Below, piece after piece: positions 17,995-26,764 of a DNA stretch of 39,886 nucleotides (positions are counted from its first letter, which is position 1; each line of letters starts with the position of its first letter). Both the position numbers and the translations under genes were made by a program. The DNA is from Anaerolineales bacterium. Lineage in GTDB: Bacteria; Chloroflexota; Anaerolineae; Anaerolineales; E44-bin32. Under the pieces are notes generated by a model. That model did no database searches, was not told where the DNA came from, and worked only from the letters and a program-made list of their open reading frames with translations. The DNA lies in assembly GCA_022866145.1 (NCBI GenBank), contig JALHUE010000078.1:1-39886 (forward strand). Direction: 5' to 3'.

Positions 17995-18153
17995 GATGCC
18001 AACGCCGGCGATCTGCCCCCTGGCTGGGTCCCAGGGTGGGCAGGTGGCCTGATGGGCGAAGACCGATGGCGGCTCCTCCTCCCGCCGTCGGTCCTTGCCT
18101 GTCCCCAGGACCTAAGTACTACCCCCGTTCCGAAGGAAAGCCGAGCGGGGGGA

Positions 18154-18183
18154 TTGCCAGCCAAACTCCCCCCATGCTAGAAT
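18154..18183 (+). promoter_or_regulatory. Candidate extended -10 promoter upstream of nrdR-nrdJ
   Basis: -35 TTGCCA (18154-18159), 18-nt spacer, TG (18175-18176)-c-TAGAAT (18178-18183). It lies in the 312-nt ftsZ-nrdR intergenic region. The 11-mer CATGCTAGAAT recurs at 32321-32331 on the minus strand. Confidence 0.5.
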
Positions 18184-18285
18184 TTGGCCCCTTCCCCCGG
18201 AGATATCGGGAAAGACACCTAGGACCGGCATACATCTGGCGCCAAACGTTTGTTCGCTGACAAGCGCAAGGCAAGGTGAGTGGGT

Positions 18286-18735
18286 ATGCGTTGTCCATAC
18301 TGCCAGACGGATAACACACGCGTCATCGACACCACACATGAGTCGCGGGGTGGGGTGCGCAGGCGCCGGGTGTGCCAGGCCTGCGGCCAGCGCTTCAGCA
18401 CCCATGAACGGGCGGTGCTGGCAACTCCAATGGTAATCAAGCAGGATGGCACTCGCGAGGAATTTAATCGCGAGAAGCTGGCAAGCGGCATACGAATTTC
18501 CTGCGCCAAGCGACCGGTTTCGGCGGCGGATATCGATCGGATGGTGGGCGAGATCGAGTCGGCCTTGCAGACCATGGGCAAGCCGGAAGTCGCTTCGCGC
18601 GTGATCGGCGACATGGTCATCGCCGGCCTGAAGGAACTCGACCACATCGCCTACATCCGCTACGCCATTGTCTATCTCAAGATGGATGATCTTCGCTCGA
18701 TCCGCGACGAAATCAACCGTCTGCTTGAAGGCTAA
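18286..18735 (+). CDS. nrdR: Transcriptional repressor NrdR (zinc ribbon + ATP-cone)
   Basis: 149 aa starting MRCPYC; a second CxxC ([14 protein letters not shown]); ATP-cone region ([16 protein letters not shown]...AYIRYAIVY). The track start at 18280 adds 2 residues. Confidence 0.93.
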   Translation: MRCPYCQTDNTRVIDTTHESRGGVRRRRVCQACGQRFSTHERAVLATPMVIKQDGTREEFNREKLASGIRISCAKRPVSAADIDRMVGEIESALQTMGKPEVASRVIGDMVIAGLKELDHIAYIRYAIVYLKMDDLRSIRDEINRLLEG

Positions 18736-18800
18736 GTCAAACTGCTGGGGTTCGGGAGCGGACAGGCTCTCGGTGTTTCGTTACTGTGGGAGGTGGTTGG

Positions 18801-21272
18801 ATGACCGATAGAGCTGACCCCGACACCAGCGTGCAGGCACAGCCCGCGACCAGCGTGATGCGGCCGTCAATGCCGGAGGGCCTACGCCGGGTCGAGCTGA
18901 GTGACAATGCCCGGACGGTGCTGACCAAGCGTTACATCCGCAAGGGGCCCGACGGCGAGCCGCTGGAAACGGTCGAGGGGATGTTCTGGCGCGTCGCTTA
19001 CCACATCGCCGAAGTCGAGCGGGAGTGGAGCGGCGACGTGATGCGCTCCGCCTCCGAGTTCTTCGAGTTGCTGGCCTCGAAGCGGTTCTTCCCCAACTCG
19101 CCTACCTTCACCGGCGCCGGCACGCCCCTGGGGCAGTTGGCGGCGTGCTTCGTGTTACCGATCGCCGATGACATGGGACGGGACTCCTCTGGCATCTTCC
19201 AGACCCTGCGTGACGCAGCCTTGATCCAGCAAACTGGTGGAGGCAATGGGTTCTCGTTCAGCCGGCTGCGCCCCAAGGGCGCTCTGGTGAAGTCCTCTGC
19301 CGGCCAGGCAACCGGACCGGTCGGGTTCCTGCGGGTCTACGACAAGGCATTTGGCGAGGTCGCTCAAGGCGGAACGCGGCGCGGCGCCAACATGGCCGTC
19401 CTGCGCGTTGATCATCCCGACATTCGCGAGTTCATCACCTGCAAGGTCGACGAGAACCAGATCACCAACTTCAACATCTCGGTGGGTCTGACCGACGACT
19501 TCATGCAGGCAGTCACTGAGGACACCGACTTCGATCTGGTGGCGCCGCACTCCGGAGAGGTGATCGAGAGGCTGCGGGCCCGAGAGATCTTCGATCTGAT
19601 CGTCAAGCACGCTCATCACAACGGTGAGCCGGGTGTGTTGTTCCTGGATCCTGCCAATCGAGCCAACCCGCTGCCCCATCTGTATGCGCTGGAGGCCACA
19701 AATCCGTGCGGCGAGCAGTGGCTGGGTCCGTATGAGAGCTGTTGCCTGGGATCGATCAACCTGGCGCAGCATCTGGCGCCAGGCGGCCGGGTGGATTGGG
19801 AGCGGTTACGGCACTCCACAGTCCTGAGCACACGCTTCCTGGAAGACGTCGTCACGGCCAACGCTTACGTGCCTGCGGTGCCCCAGTTGCGGGAGGCCGC
19901 CCTGCGGGCACGGCGCATCGGCCTGGGGATCATGGGGCTGGGCGACCTGATGTACCACGTCGGCGTGCGCTACGGCTCCGAAGAGGCCTTGGATTTCGCC
20001 GGGCAGGTCATGGAATTTGTGCGCTATCATGCCATGCTCACCAGCATCGAGCTTGCCCAGGAGAGGGGGGCGTTTCCGGCCATCCGCGGCAGCATCTACG
20101 ATCCGCAGGACTTGCGTTGGTCGCCGCCGCAGCCAGCCTTTCCTCAATCCGGCGACTTCGCCCGCCCAGCGATTGACTGGGAGCTTGCCCTCTCCGGGAT
20201 CCGTCAGCACGGCATCCGCAACGCCGCCCAAACCACGATCGCCCCCACCGGAACGATCGCTACCGTGGCCGGCTGCGAAGGCTATGGCTGCGAGCCGGTC
20301 TTTGCCCTGGCGTACTACCGGCATGTCGACGACGGCGGCACCGATCTGCGCCTGACCTACACTAGCCCGCTCTTCGAGCAGGCGGCGATCGAGTCCGGCA
20401 TGGACGAAGCCACGCTGGCGGGGATCGTTGAGAAGGTCATGCAGAAGGGGTCGTGTCAAGACATCCCGGAGGTGCCTGAGAGCCTGCGCGAGGTGTTTGT
20501 CGTGTCCCAAGACACCTCCGGCGAGGAGCATGTCCGGATTCAGGCCGCCCTCCAGGCCTTCGTTGACAACAGCCTGAGCAAGACCTGCAACTTCCCCGAA
20601 GACGCCACTCCCGAGGATGTCGCCTCTGCTTACACGCAGGCCTGGAAGCTGGGATGCAAGGGTCTGACGGTCTACGTCACGGGGTCACGGCAGAAGGTCG
20701 TGCTTGAGACCAAGGCCACGGCCTCGGCCAAGGAACCGGTGCTGGCGCTGTCACAGATGCCGATGTGGATGGAGGGCAAGAAACCGCGCCCCCAGCGCCT
20801 GGAGGGGTGCACCTATCAGATCAGCACCCCCGTCGGGAAGGCGTTCGTCACGGTCAACCAGAATCGGGAATCGCAGCCCTTCGAGGTCTTCATCACAACG
20901 GCCAAGGCCGGCTCCGAAACCGCGGCAGTCTCCGAGGCTATCGGCCGACTGACTTCCTACATCTTGCGGGTCGCCTCGCCTGTGCCGCCGCGTGAGCGCT
21001 TGGCGGAGGTTGTGCGCCAGCTGGCCGGGATTGGCGGCGGCCGGCCGATGGGATTCGGCCCGAACCGTGTGCTCTCGCTGCCCGATGGGCTGGCGCGGGC
21101 GCTGGCCGAGTACCTCGGGTCCACGCCTGAAGCCCCGCTGATGGAAGTCGATCCGTCGCAGCCGCAGATCTCGATGCAGGTCGGGGATCTGTGCCCCGAG
21201 TGCGGGGCGGCTGCGGTCGTTAATGAGGAAGGCTGCCGCAAGTGTTATTCGTGCGGCTACAGCGAGTGCTGA
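18801..21272 (+). CDS. nrdJ: Class II (adenosylcobalamin-dependent) ribonucleotide reductase NrdJ
   Basis: About 823 aa. Motifs [19 protein letters not shown]...CCLGSINL (active-site Cys loop), TIAPTGTI, and a C-terminal Cys4 zinc ribbon (CPECG...[12 protein letters not shown]). The ATG at 18801 is preceded by GGGAGG (18788-18793); a GTG at 18786 is an alternative start. Confidence 0.9.
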   Translation: MTDRADPDTSVQAQPATSVMRPSMPEGLRRVELSDNARTVLTKRYIRKGPDGEPLETVEGMFWRVAYHIAEVEREWSGDVMRSASEFFELLASKRFFPNSPTFTGAGTPLGQLAACFVLPIADDMGRDSSGIFQTLRDAALIQQTGGGNGFSFSRLRPKGALVKSSAGQATGPVGFLRVYDKAFGEVAQGGTRRGANMAVLRVDHPDIREFITCKVDENQITNFNISVGLTDDFMQAVTEDTDFDLVAPHSGEVIERLRAREIFDLIVKHAHHNGEPGVLFLDPANRANPLPHLYALEATNPCGEQWLGPYESCCLGSINLAQHLAPGGRVDWERLRHSTVLSTRFLEDVVTANAYVPAVPQLREAALRARRIGLGIMGLGDLMYHVGVRYGSEEALDFAGQVMEFVRYHAMLTSIELAQERGAFPAIRGSIYDPQDLRWSPPQPAFPQSGDFARPAIDWELALSGIRQHGIRNAAQTTIAPTGTIATVAGCEGYGCEPVFALAYYRHVDDGGTDLRLTYTSPLFEQAAIESGMDEATLAGIVEKVMQKGSCQDIPEVPESLREVFVVSQDTSGEEHVRIQAALQAFVDNSLSKTCNFPEDATPEDVASAYTQAWKLGCKGLTVYVTGSRQKVVLETKATASAKEPVLALSQMPMWMEGKKPRPQRLEGCTYQISTPVGKAFVTVNQNRESQPFEVFITTAKAGSETAAVSEAIGRLTSYILRVASPVPPRERLAEVVRQLAGIGGGRPMGFGPNRVLSLPDGLARALAEYLGSTPEAPLMEVDPSQPQISMQVGDLCPECGAAAVVNEEGCRKCYSCGYSEC

Positions 21273-21309
21273 CCGCCGCGGATGGCGGGAGGGCTTGAGC
21301 GCCATGCCG

Positions 21310-21360
21310 ATGACCCAAGAGCGATAGTTGGAACATCCGCTCCTGGGTCATTGTGATTCT
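21310..21360 (+). terminator. Candidate intrinsic terminator or regulatory inverted repeat after nrdJ
   Basis: ATGACCCAAGAGCG (21310-21323) and CGCTCCTGGGTCAT (21338-21351) pair at 13 of 14 positions around a 14-nt loop, followed by the U-rich TTGTGATTCT. It lies 38 nt after the nrdJ stop. Confidence 0.45.
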
Positions 21361-21408
21361 GGCGCCAGCTCCCCTCGCCCGCGTCCGCCACGACGCGGCC
21401 AGTCGCAT

Positions 21409-21416
21409 TGTATACT
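21409..21416 (+). promoter_or_regulatory. Possible -10 element for the orphan-dNK transcript
   Basis: TATACT at 21411-21416 within TTGTATACTGGGTGGC, which resembles the mraZ -10 region TTGTTATATACTGTGGC (238-254). It is 44 nt upstream of the 21460 ATG. No convincing -35. Confidence 0.3.
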
Positions 21417-21459
21417 GGGTGGCTGCCGCCCTTCGCCGCTCAGGTAGGGGGAGAGAGCC

Positions 21460-21810
21460 ATGATCACATTTCGCGAGACGCTGGATTCGATCGAACGCCT
21501 GACAGAACTCCTTAGTCACGGCAAGGACGATCGGACGTCTTTCGACCGGGCTGTGGTCAATCTCACTGACCTGCAATCCATGCTGGACCGGGAAAGGCTC
21601 TCCCAGTTCCGCAGCCCGAATTCCCTGGCCGAGTACATCGAGCGCGTCGCCATCTCCCAGTTGGCGGGGATCCACGATAGCTTGCAGGTTTCGGCCGACG
21701 CTCACTTCGACCGCCTGCAGGCAGCCCAGGAGCTGTCGGAAAGGCTGCAGGCGCGACTGAGGGCGGTCACCGAAGGCGCCAACGGCGGTTTCTTCGACGG
21801 GATGTCCTAG
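21460..21810 (+). CDS. Hypothetical 116-aa helical protein upstream of the deoxynucleoside kinase
   Basis: ATG preceded by GGGGGAGAG. Amphipathic, helix-rich sequence. The stop is 13 nt before the kinase GTG, implying co-transcription. No family recognised. Confidence 0.6.
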   Translation: MITFRETLDSIERLTELLSHGKDDRTSFDRAVVNLTDLQSMLDRERLSQFRSPNSLAEYIERVAISQLAGIHDSLQVSADAHFDRLQAAQELSERLQARLRAVTEGANGGFFDGMS

Positions 21811-21823
21811 GGAGGCGGCAAGC

Positions 21824-22474
21824 GTGGCCAAGCGCTTCGTTCTTGTCGCTGGGAACATCGGCGTCGGCAAGACTTCCCTGACCGAGCGGCTCGGGGAGAG
21901 GCTGGGCTGGCAAACGGCCTACGAGTCGGTGGTCGACAACCCGTATCTGGCGGACTTCTATCAGGACATGCGCTCCTGGGCATTTCATCTCCAGGTGTTC
22001 TTCCTAGGGCATCGGGCGGAGCAGCACCGGGCGCTGGCGGCACTGCCGCAGTCCGCCATCGTCGACCGGTCGATCTACGAGGACGCCGAGATCTTCTCGC
22101 GGGCGAGCCTGGCTCTGGGCAACATCACCGAGCGCGACTACGGCGCCTATCGGCGGGTGTACGACCTGGTGGTGGCCGGCCTGCCGGCGCCCGATCTGCT
22201 GATCTACCTGCGTGCGCCGGTGCCGGTCATCCTGAATCGGATCCGCAGCCGGGGACGCGCCATCGAGCAGGGAATCACGGCCGACTACCTCGGCCTGCTC
22301 GACCGCTACTACCAGGAATGGATGTCGAGCTTTGAGTTGTGCCCAGTGCTCACCATCCGCACCGATGACCTGGATTTCGTCCACAAGTCCGGACACCTGG
22401 AGGTTGTGATCGGGCGAATGAACGAGATCCTGGCTGGCAAGGAGACCGTCGAGTTCCCGGCTTCGCAGAGTTAG
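21824..22474 (+). CDS. Deoxynucleoside kinase (dAK/dCK/dGK family)
   Basis: 216 aa. P-loop GNIGVGKTSL, DNPYLADFY, DRSIYED (ERS-like motif), lid RIRSRGRAIEQ. GTG start with GGAGG (21811-21815). Confidence 0.85.
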   Translation: MAKRFVLVAGNIGVGKTSLTERLGERLGWQTAYESVVDNPYLADFYQDMRSWAFHLQVFFLGHRAEQHRALAALPQSAIVDRSIYEDAEIFSRASLALGNITERDYGAYRRVYDLVVAGLPAPDLLIYLRAPVPVILNRIRSRGRAIEQGITADYLGLLDRYYQEWMSSFELCPVLTIRTDDLDFVHKSGHLEVVIGRMNEILAGKETVEFPASQS

Positions 22475-22543
22475 TGTTCGATCATCCAGCCCGCTCCCGG
22501 GTTTCCAGACTCTCCATCCTCTGTGGCACGGCCTGGCCCCGCC

Positions 22544-23155
22544 TCAGAGTCTCGCCAGGCGCTGGCGCAGCAGGCGCATGGCCTCGGCGATCTTCCTTCG
22601 GTTGGCCTCGTTCTGATGCCAGCGGCTGGCGCCGGAGGGGTGGGGCAGCGGGATGATCCAGCGCCCGTTGGCTGTGAACTCCCGTCCGACCACTGCCTGC
22701 AGCGCCGCACCCGGTCCGAGCAAGACCGCAATCGCCAGACGGCCGACGGGCAGCACGATTGGCGGGTCGAGCAGCTCCACCTCCGTCAGCAGAAACGGGC
22801 GGCACAGTGCCTGCTCGGCCGGCGTTGGCGGCCGGTCTCCTGATCCGGAAGCGGCCCGCCCCGGGTAGCACTTGGTGATCGACGTCATGTAATGCCGGTC
22901 CCGGAACGGCTGTTCCTCCAGCCCGGCCTGAGCCAGCCAGGCGAACAGCCGGCGGCCACTGCCGGCGTTGAACGGCCGCCCGGTTTCCTGCTCGGTGGAG
23001 CCGGGTGCCTGCCCGACAATCATCACCTGCGCCCCGACCTGGCCGGAGAAGACTGCTCGAGGGGTTACGGGGAACCCGGAGTGGATGCACATCCGGCAGG
23101 CCGACATCTGCGCCTGCACGCAGCCAAGTGCGAACCTGCGCACGTCTGCCTTCAC
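22544..23155 (-). CDS. Uracil-DNA glycosylase superfamily protein (family 4-like, variant motif A)
   Basis: 203 aa. Motif A region VMIVGQAPGSTEQETGRPF (GQAPG encoded at 23000-23014), motif B LPHPSGASRW, Cys residues (C-x7-C-x2-C, KCYPG) compatible with a 4Fe-4S site. GTG start overlaps the upstream stop (GTGA). Confidence 0.75.
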   Translation of the reverse strand: MKADVRRFALGCVQAQMSACRMCIHSGFPVTPRAVFSGQVGAQVMIVGQAPGSTEQETGRPFNAGSGRRLFAWLAQAGLEEQPFRDRHYMTSITKCYPGRAASGSGDRPPTPAEQALCRPFLLTEVELLDPPIVLPVGRLAIAVLLGPGAALQAVVGREFTANGRWIIPLPHPSGASRWHQNEANRRKIAEAMRLLRQRLARL

Positions 23156-24012
23156 GCCACAGTCAGCCCGGCGTAGGCCTTCTGGATCGCCAGGGCGTCA
23201 AGGTCCATCATCGGACTCTCGCATAAGATCCTGCCGGCGCACCCGCCGGCGTGGAGCGCCGCCAGCAGTTCCTCCAGACGGAAATCCGAGTCGGCAAGCA
23301 TCAGATGGTTGCGCTCGCCTTTGGGCCCATACTCGATCCCAGAGAGATGGCAGTGCAATTGCTTCAAGGAGTCGGGGCCTAGGGCCTCGGCATAGGCACC
23401 GAGCGCCAGTTCCCATTCCCGGCGGGTGTTCATCGATCCATCGCCTGCCCGGGCGTGCAAGTGAGAGAAGTCGAGGCACGGCAGCACGCCCGGGATCTCG
23501 CGGGAGAGGATCAAGACATCAGCCAGGGAGCCGAGCATCGCGGCCTTGCCCATGGTCTCGGACCGCAAGGTGACTGGATTTCCGGCTGCCCGCAGCTCTT
23601 CCACACAGCTGCGCAGGCGTTTGATGGCCACGGGCAGGACTTCGGAGGGGTCTCTGCCGAAGTACGACCCGGGATGGAACACAATATCCGTGGCGCCGGC
23701 CAGGTTCCCATAGTGGGCAGCATCCATCAGCCGCTTCCGGCTCTTGGGCCATTCCTGGGCATCGGCGTTCAGGTTGATGTAGTACGGCGCATGGATGCTT
23801 AGGCGGACACCGACCCCGGCCGCCGCCTGGCGGATCTGAGCGCAGGTGGCCTCGGTCACCCGCACGGACTGCACCCAGGCCAATTCGTAGGCCGTCAACC
23901 CGAGGTCTGCCAGGTGCAGCGCCGCGCCCATGGAACCCCCGGGCTTTTTCGGGGTCGAGGCAGGGGAGCCGACAGTCCCAAACACGAGGCTCGCAGGTTC
24001 TTCGCGCAGCAT
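23152..24012 (-). CDS. Endonuclease IV-like / xylose-isomerase-like TIM-barrel protein (AP endonuclease family 2)
   Basis: SIHAPYYINLNA, HPGSY, ETMGK and CLDFSHLHA are the metal-ligand-type motifs of this fold. The ATG at 24012 is preceded by GGAGAGG. The track ORF starts at GTG 24042. Confidence 0.7.
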   Translation of the reverse strand: MLREEPASLVFGTVGSPASTPKKPGGSMGAALHLADLGLTAYELAWVQSVRVTEATCAQIRQAAAGVGVRLSIHAPYYINLNADAQEWPKSRKRLMDAAHYGNLAGATDIVFHPGSYFGRDPSEVLPVAIKRLRSCVEELRAAGNPVTLRSETMGKAAMLGSLADVLILSREIPGVLPCLDFSHLHARAGDGSMNTRREWELALGAYAEALGPDSLKQLHCHLSGIEYGPKGERNHLMLADSDFRLEELLAALHAGGCAGRILCESPMMDLDALAIQKAYAGLTVA

Positions 24013-24152
24013 GTCATCCCTCTCCATTGGGGTCAATGCCACTGCCTGGCAGGCCGCTCACCGACGGAGGCGTGCCCCCCGTCCCGCTGGCCGGGCTTTG
24101 GATGCGGCAAGCACCTGCGCTGGCGGCTCTGGACAGGAGGGTCGCCGGTGGA

Positions 24153-26720
24153 TCAGGAGACGGCTGCGCCTTTTCGGAGCGATCCGGTCTTCGGGGTGGG
24201 CTCGCGTGGGATCGAGAAGGAGAAGGTCGCGCCCTGGCCCGGAGGGCTGGTCACCCAGATCCGCCCCCCATGCTGCTCGATCACGGTCTTGGCCAGGGCT
24301 AGGCCAAGGCCGGTGCCCTCAATGGGGTTGTTGGGATCGCGCACGGTCACTCGGCCCCGGAAGAGGTGTTCGAAGACTCGCGGCAGTTCGTCCTCGGGAA
24401 TTCCAGGCCCATTGTCACTGACGCTGACCGTCACCTGGTCATCGTCCCAGCTGACCCCGATGCGGATGGCACCCTTGAGCTCGGTGAACTTGATGGCATT
24501 GCTGAGCAGGTTGCTCATGACGGAGTTGAGCCGACTGGGATCGCCGATGATCAGAAGCGGATCCCCGGGAGGATCGTAGACGATCGTGTCCTGGCGGGCC
24601 TCAGCCAGCGGGCGTAGGTCCTCGATTGCGTGTCGGATCAAATCGTTCACCTGGCAGGGCTCAGCCCCGAGGTTGGCCGTCGACTCGACGCGGATGGTCT
24701 CCAGCAGGCCGGTGATCAGATTGGTCATGCTGTCTGTCGCACGCTGCATCATGTTCAGCGCCTTACGCTGCTGATCGCTGAGCGGAGCATCATTGAGCAG
24801 GTCGGCGCCGAGCCGAATGGCGTTCAAAGGGTTCTTCAGGTCGTGGGCAGCCGTGCCCAGAAACTGGGACCGCATTCGGTCAATCTGCTTCAAGGCCGTG
24901 ATGTCCTGCATCACTGCCACGCGTCCGACGTCGGTGACCTCGCTGACGGTGGCATACAACACGCGCTCCGTGGGGGTGGTGATCTCCATCGTCACCGGCA
25001 AGTCGCTGTCGGCGCGCATCAACAGGTCGCCCAGGTCATGCCCGACGAAGATCTCCCAGGCTGGGCGCCCGATGGCGCGCTCGGAGTTGATGCGGAAGGC
25101 CTGACTGGCGGCTTTATTTACAAGAATGATGCGGCCGGAGCGGTCGGTCAGCACCACCGCATCCGCGGTCTCGACCAGGGTGGCCTCCAGCCGCCGGCGT
25201 TCTTCCGCTACCCGCTGGAACAGGTTGGCGTTGTCGAGGGCGATGGCGGCCCAGGAGGCGACCGAGGCGAGCACCTGCTTATCGGCCTCGGTGAACGACC
25301 CGGTCGGGTGGTTGATGGCCTCAATCACCCCCAGCACCTCGCCGCGGGTCTCGAGCGGAACGCACAGGATGGAGCTGGTGAGGAGCCCGGTCTGGCCGTC
25401 GATGGCGCTTTGATAGAGGGGGTTGGTGCGGACGTCGTTGACGATCAAGGGCTGGCGGTTGCGTGTGACCCACCCGGCGATTCCTTCCTCCAGCCGGATG
25501 GCCACGTCCCGAATGCGCAATTCGGCACCGCCGCTGGCTTTTAGCACCAGTTTCTCGCCCGGCTCGTCCAGCAGGAACAGCACGCAGGCCTCGGCCTGGA
25601 TCAGGCGCTGGGCGTTGCGCATGGCATTTTCGAGCGCCATCTCAAGCTCCAACGTCGAGGTCAGGTCCCGCCCGATCTCCGCCAGTACGAGCAGCTGGTC
25701 GGCGCGCGAGGTCGCCTCGCCGAAGTGGATGGCGTCCTGCAGGCCGACGGCGCCGATACTCAGGATCGCCTGGGCGAGCTCCATCTCCTGATCGTTGATC
25801 TGCCGGCCCAGCTGTTGGTACAGCAGCCGGACCAGACCCAGCGCCTGGTTGCTGGTGGTGAGCGGGAACACGGCGGCGGCCTCGATGCCTTCCGCCTGGA
25901 GCATACTCAGATCCCGGGCCGATCCTACCGCTGGGGTCTGGCTGAGAGTCGACGGGCGCAGGTGCTCGAGCACCTGGGTGTGCACCGGGTAGTCCGGGAC
26001 GGCGTCGATCTTCTCGGCCTGCACGGTTTGCTGAAGTCCCTTGCCGAGGCGCGGCCGAAAACGCACCGTGCGAGCACGAGCGTCGGTCAGCAGAGTGATC
26101 TCGCAGCAGTCGGCCGAAGTGGCTCGCAGCAAGTGCGTGGCCGTCTGGCGCACGACCTCATCCCGATCGCGAGTGCTGGTGATGGCATTGGTCGCCTGGT
26201 ACAGCAGCGTGAGTTTGTGCAGTAGGTAGCTCTGACCGGCGCTCTGCCGGGCAAACGCCATGATCTCCGCCGCCCGGGCTGCCAGCACGTCCAGGGTGGC
26301 TAGCGCATCTTGGCCAAACGGCTTCCCGGTGTCGGTGCCGACAAAGAGCAGCCCGATTGACTGGCCAGCAGCGATGCAGGGGGCACAGGCGACGGATCCC
26401 GGGGCAAGGGGAAGTCCGAGACTGGTACTGGCGTCGCCGGAACTCGCGGCATGCCCGGCCCGCAAGGCGTTCCGCAGAACCGGTTGCTCGGCCGAGGAAG
26501 AAATGCGTCCCAGATCCGACAGGCTGAGCCCATGGGCCAAGCGTGGGCCAAACCCGGCGCTGACCTCGTCGTACTCATACAACGCCGCTCGCTGCGTACC
26601 GAGCAAGGCGCAGGCCGTCTCAAGCACCCCGGCCAAGGCCTGAGCAGGATTGTAAATGTCGAAACTGGCGGTGGCCGCCCGGTACAGGATATCCTGACGC
26701 TGATTAAAGGGATCGGTCAT
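24153..26720 (-). CDS. Cytoplasmic sensor histidine kinase with tandem GAF and PAS domains
   Basis: 855 aa with no TM segment. Repeated GAF-like blocks, a PAS-like block (ADAVVLTDRSGRIILVNKAA), H-box FLGTAAHDLKNPLNAI, N box LLSNAIKF, G1 DNGPGIP and G2 GTGLGLAL. No response regulator gene is adjacent. Confidence 0.9.
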   Translation of the reverse strand: MTDPFNQRQDILYRAATASFDIYNPAQALAGVLETACALLGTQRAALYEYDEVSAGFGPRLAHGLSLSDLGRISSSAEQPVLRNALRAGHAASSGDASTSLGLPLAPGSVACAPCIAAGQSIGLLFVGTDTGKPFGQDALATLDVLAARAAEIMAFARQSAGQSYLLHKLTLLYQATNAITSTRDRDEVVRQTATHLLRATSADCCEITLLTDARARTVRFRPRLGKGLQQTVQAEKIDAVPDYPVHTQVLEHLRPSTLSQTPAVGSARDLSMLQAEGIEAAAVFPLTTSNQALGLVRLLYQQLGRQINDQEMELAQAILSIGAVGLQDAIHFGEATSRADQLLVLAEIGRDLTSTLELEMALENAMRNAQRLIQAEACVLFLLDEPGEKLVLKASGGAELRIRDVAIRLEEGIAGWVTRNRQPLIVNDVRTNPLYQSAIDGQTGLLTSSILCVPLETRGEVLGVIEAINHPTGSFTEADKQVLASVASWAAIALDNANLFQRVAEERRRLEATLVETADAVVLTDRSGRIILVNKAASQAFRINSERAIGRPAWEIFVGHDLGDLLMRADSDLPVTMEITTPTERVLYATVSEVTDVGRVAVMQDITALKQIDRMRSQFLGTAAHDLKNPLNAIRLGADLLNDAPLSDQQRKALNMMQRATDSMTNLITGLLETIRVESTANLGAEPCQVNDLIRHAIEDLRPLAEARQDTIVYDPPGDPLLIIGDPSRLNSVMSNLLSNAIKFTELKGAIRIGVSWDDDQVTVSVSDNGPGIPEDELPRVFEHLFRGRVTVRDPNNPIEGTGLGLALAKTVIEQHGGRIWVTSPPGQGATFSFSIPREPTPKTGSLRKGAAVS

Positions 26721-26764
26721 TGCTTCAGGTTTCTGGGTCGATCCGCAGTAGGCGGACCCACTGC

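Noticed and set aside
17974-18800. Looked for tandem NrdR boxes (palindromic ACAC...GTGT 16-mers) and for a cobalamin riboswitch near nrdR/nrdJ.
   Set aside because: I found only weak partial matches (e.g. ACACCTAGGACCGGCA at about 18215, and GATATC-centred CCGGAGATATCGGG at about 18198) with no proper dyad symmetry or tandem spacing. Nothing resembles a B12-box. A PWM or covariance-model scan is needed before claiming either presence or absence.
18801-21272. Possible intein or other insertion in nrdJ, given its size.
   Set aside because: The conserved blocks (NPCGEQ...[16 protein letters not shown], the C-terminal zinc ribbon) are contiguous. There is no Cys/Ser-initiated insert with HNF/HNC-type endings, and the length is normal for class II RNRs.
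22475-22543. Convergent dNK/UDG spacer: small hairpin CCCG-ctcc-CGGG followed by TTT (22490-22504), and a 7-bp repeat AGACTCT...AGAGTCT.
   Set aside because: The stems are only 4-7 bp, with either a tiny or a roughly 33-nt loop. This is not strong enough to call a bidirectional terminator by eye.
24044-24054. 11-bp palindrome GCCTGGCAGGC upstream of the endonuclease IV-like gene.
   Set aside because: It is short, with a single-base centre, so it cannot form a meaningful RNA hairpin. Palindromes of this size are frequent in GC-rich DNA, and no second copy was seen.
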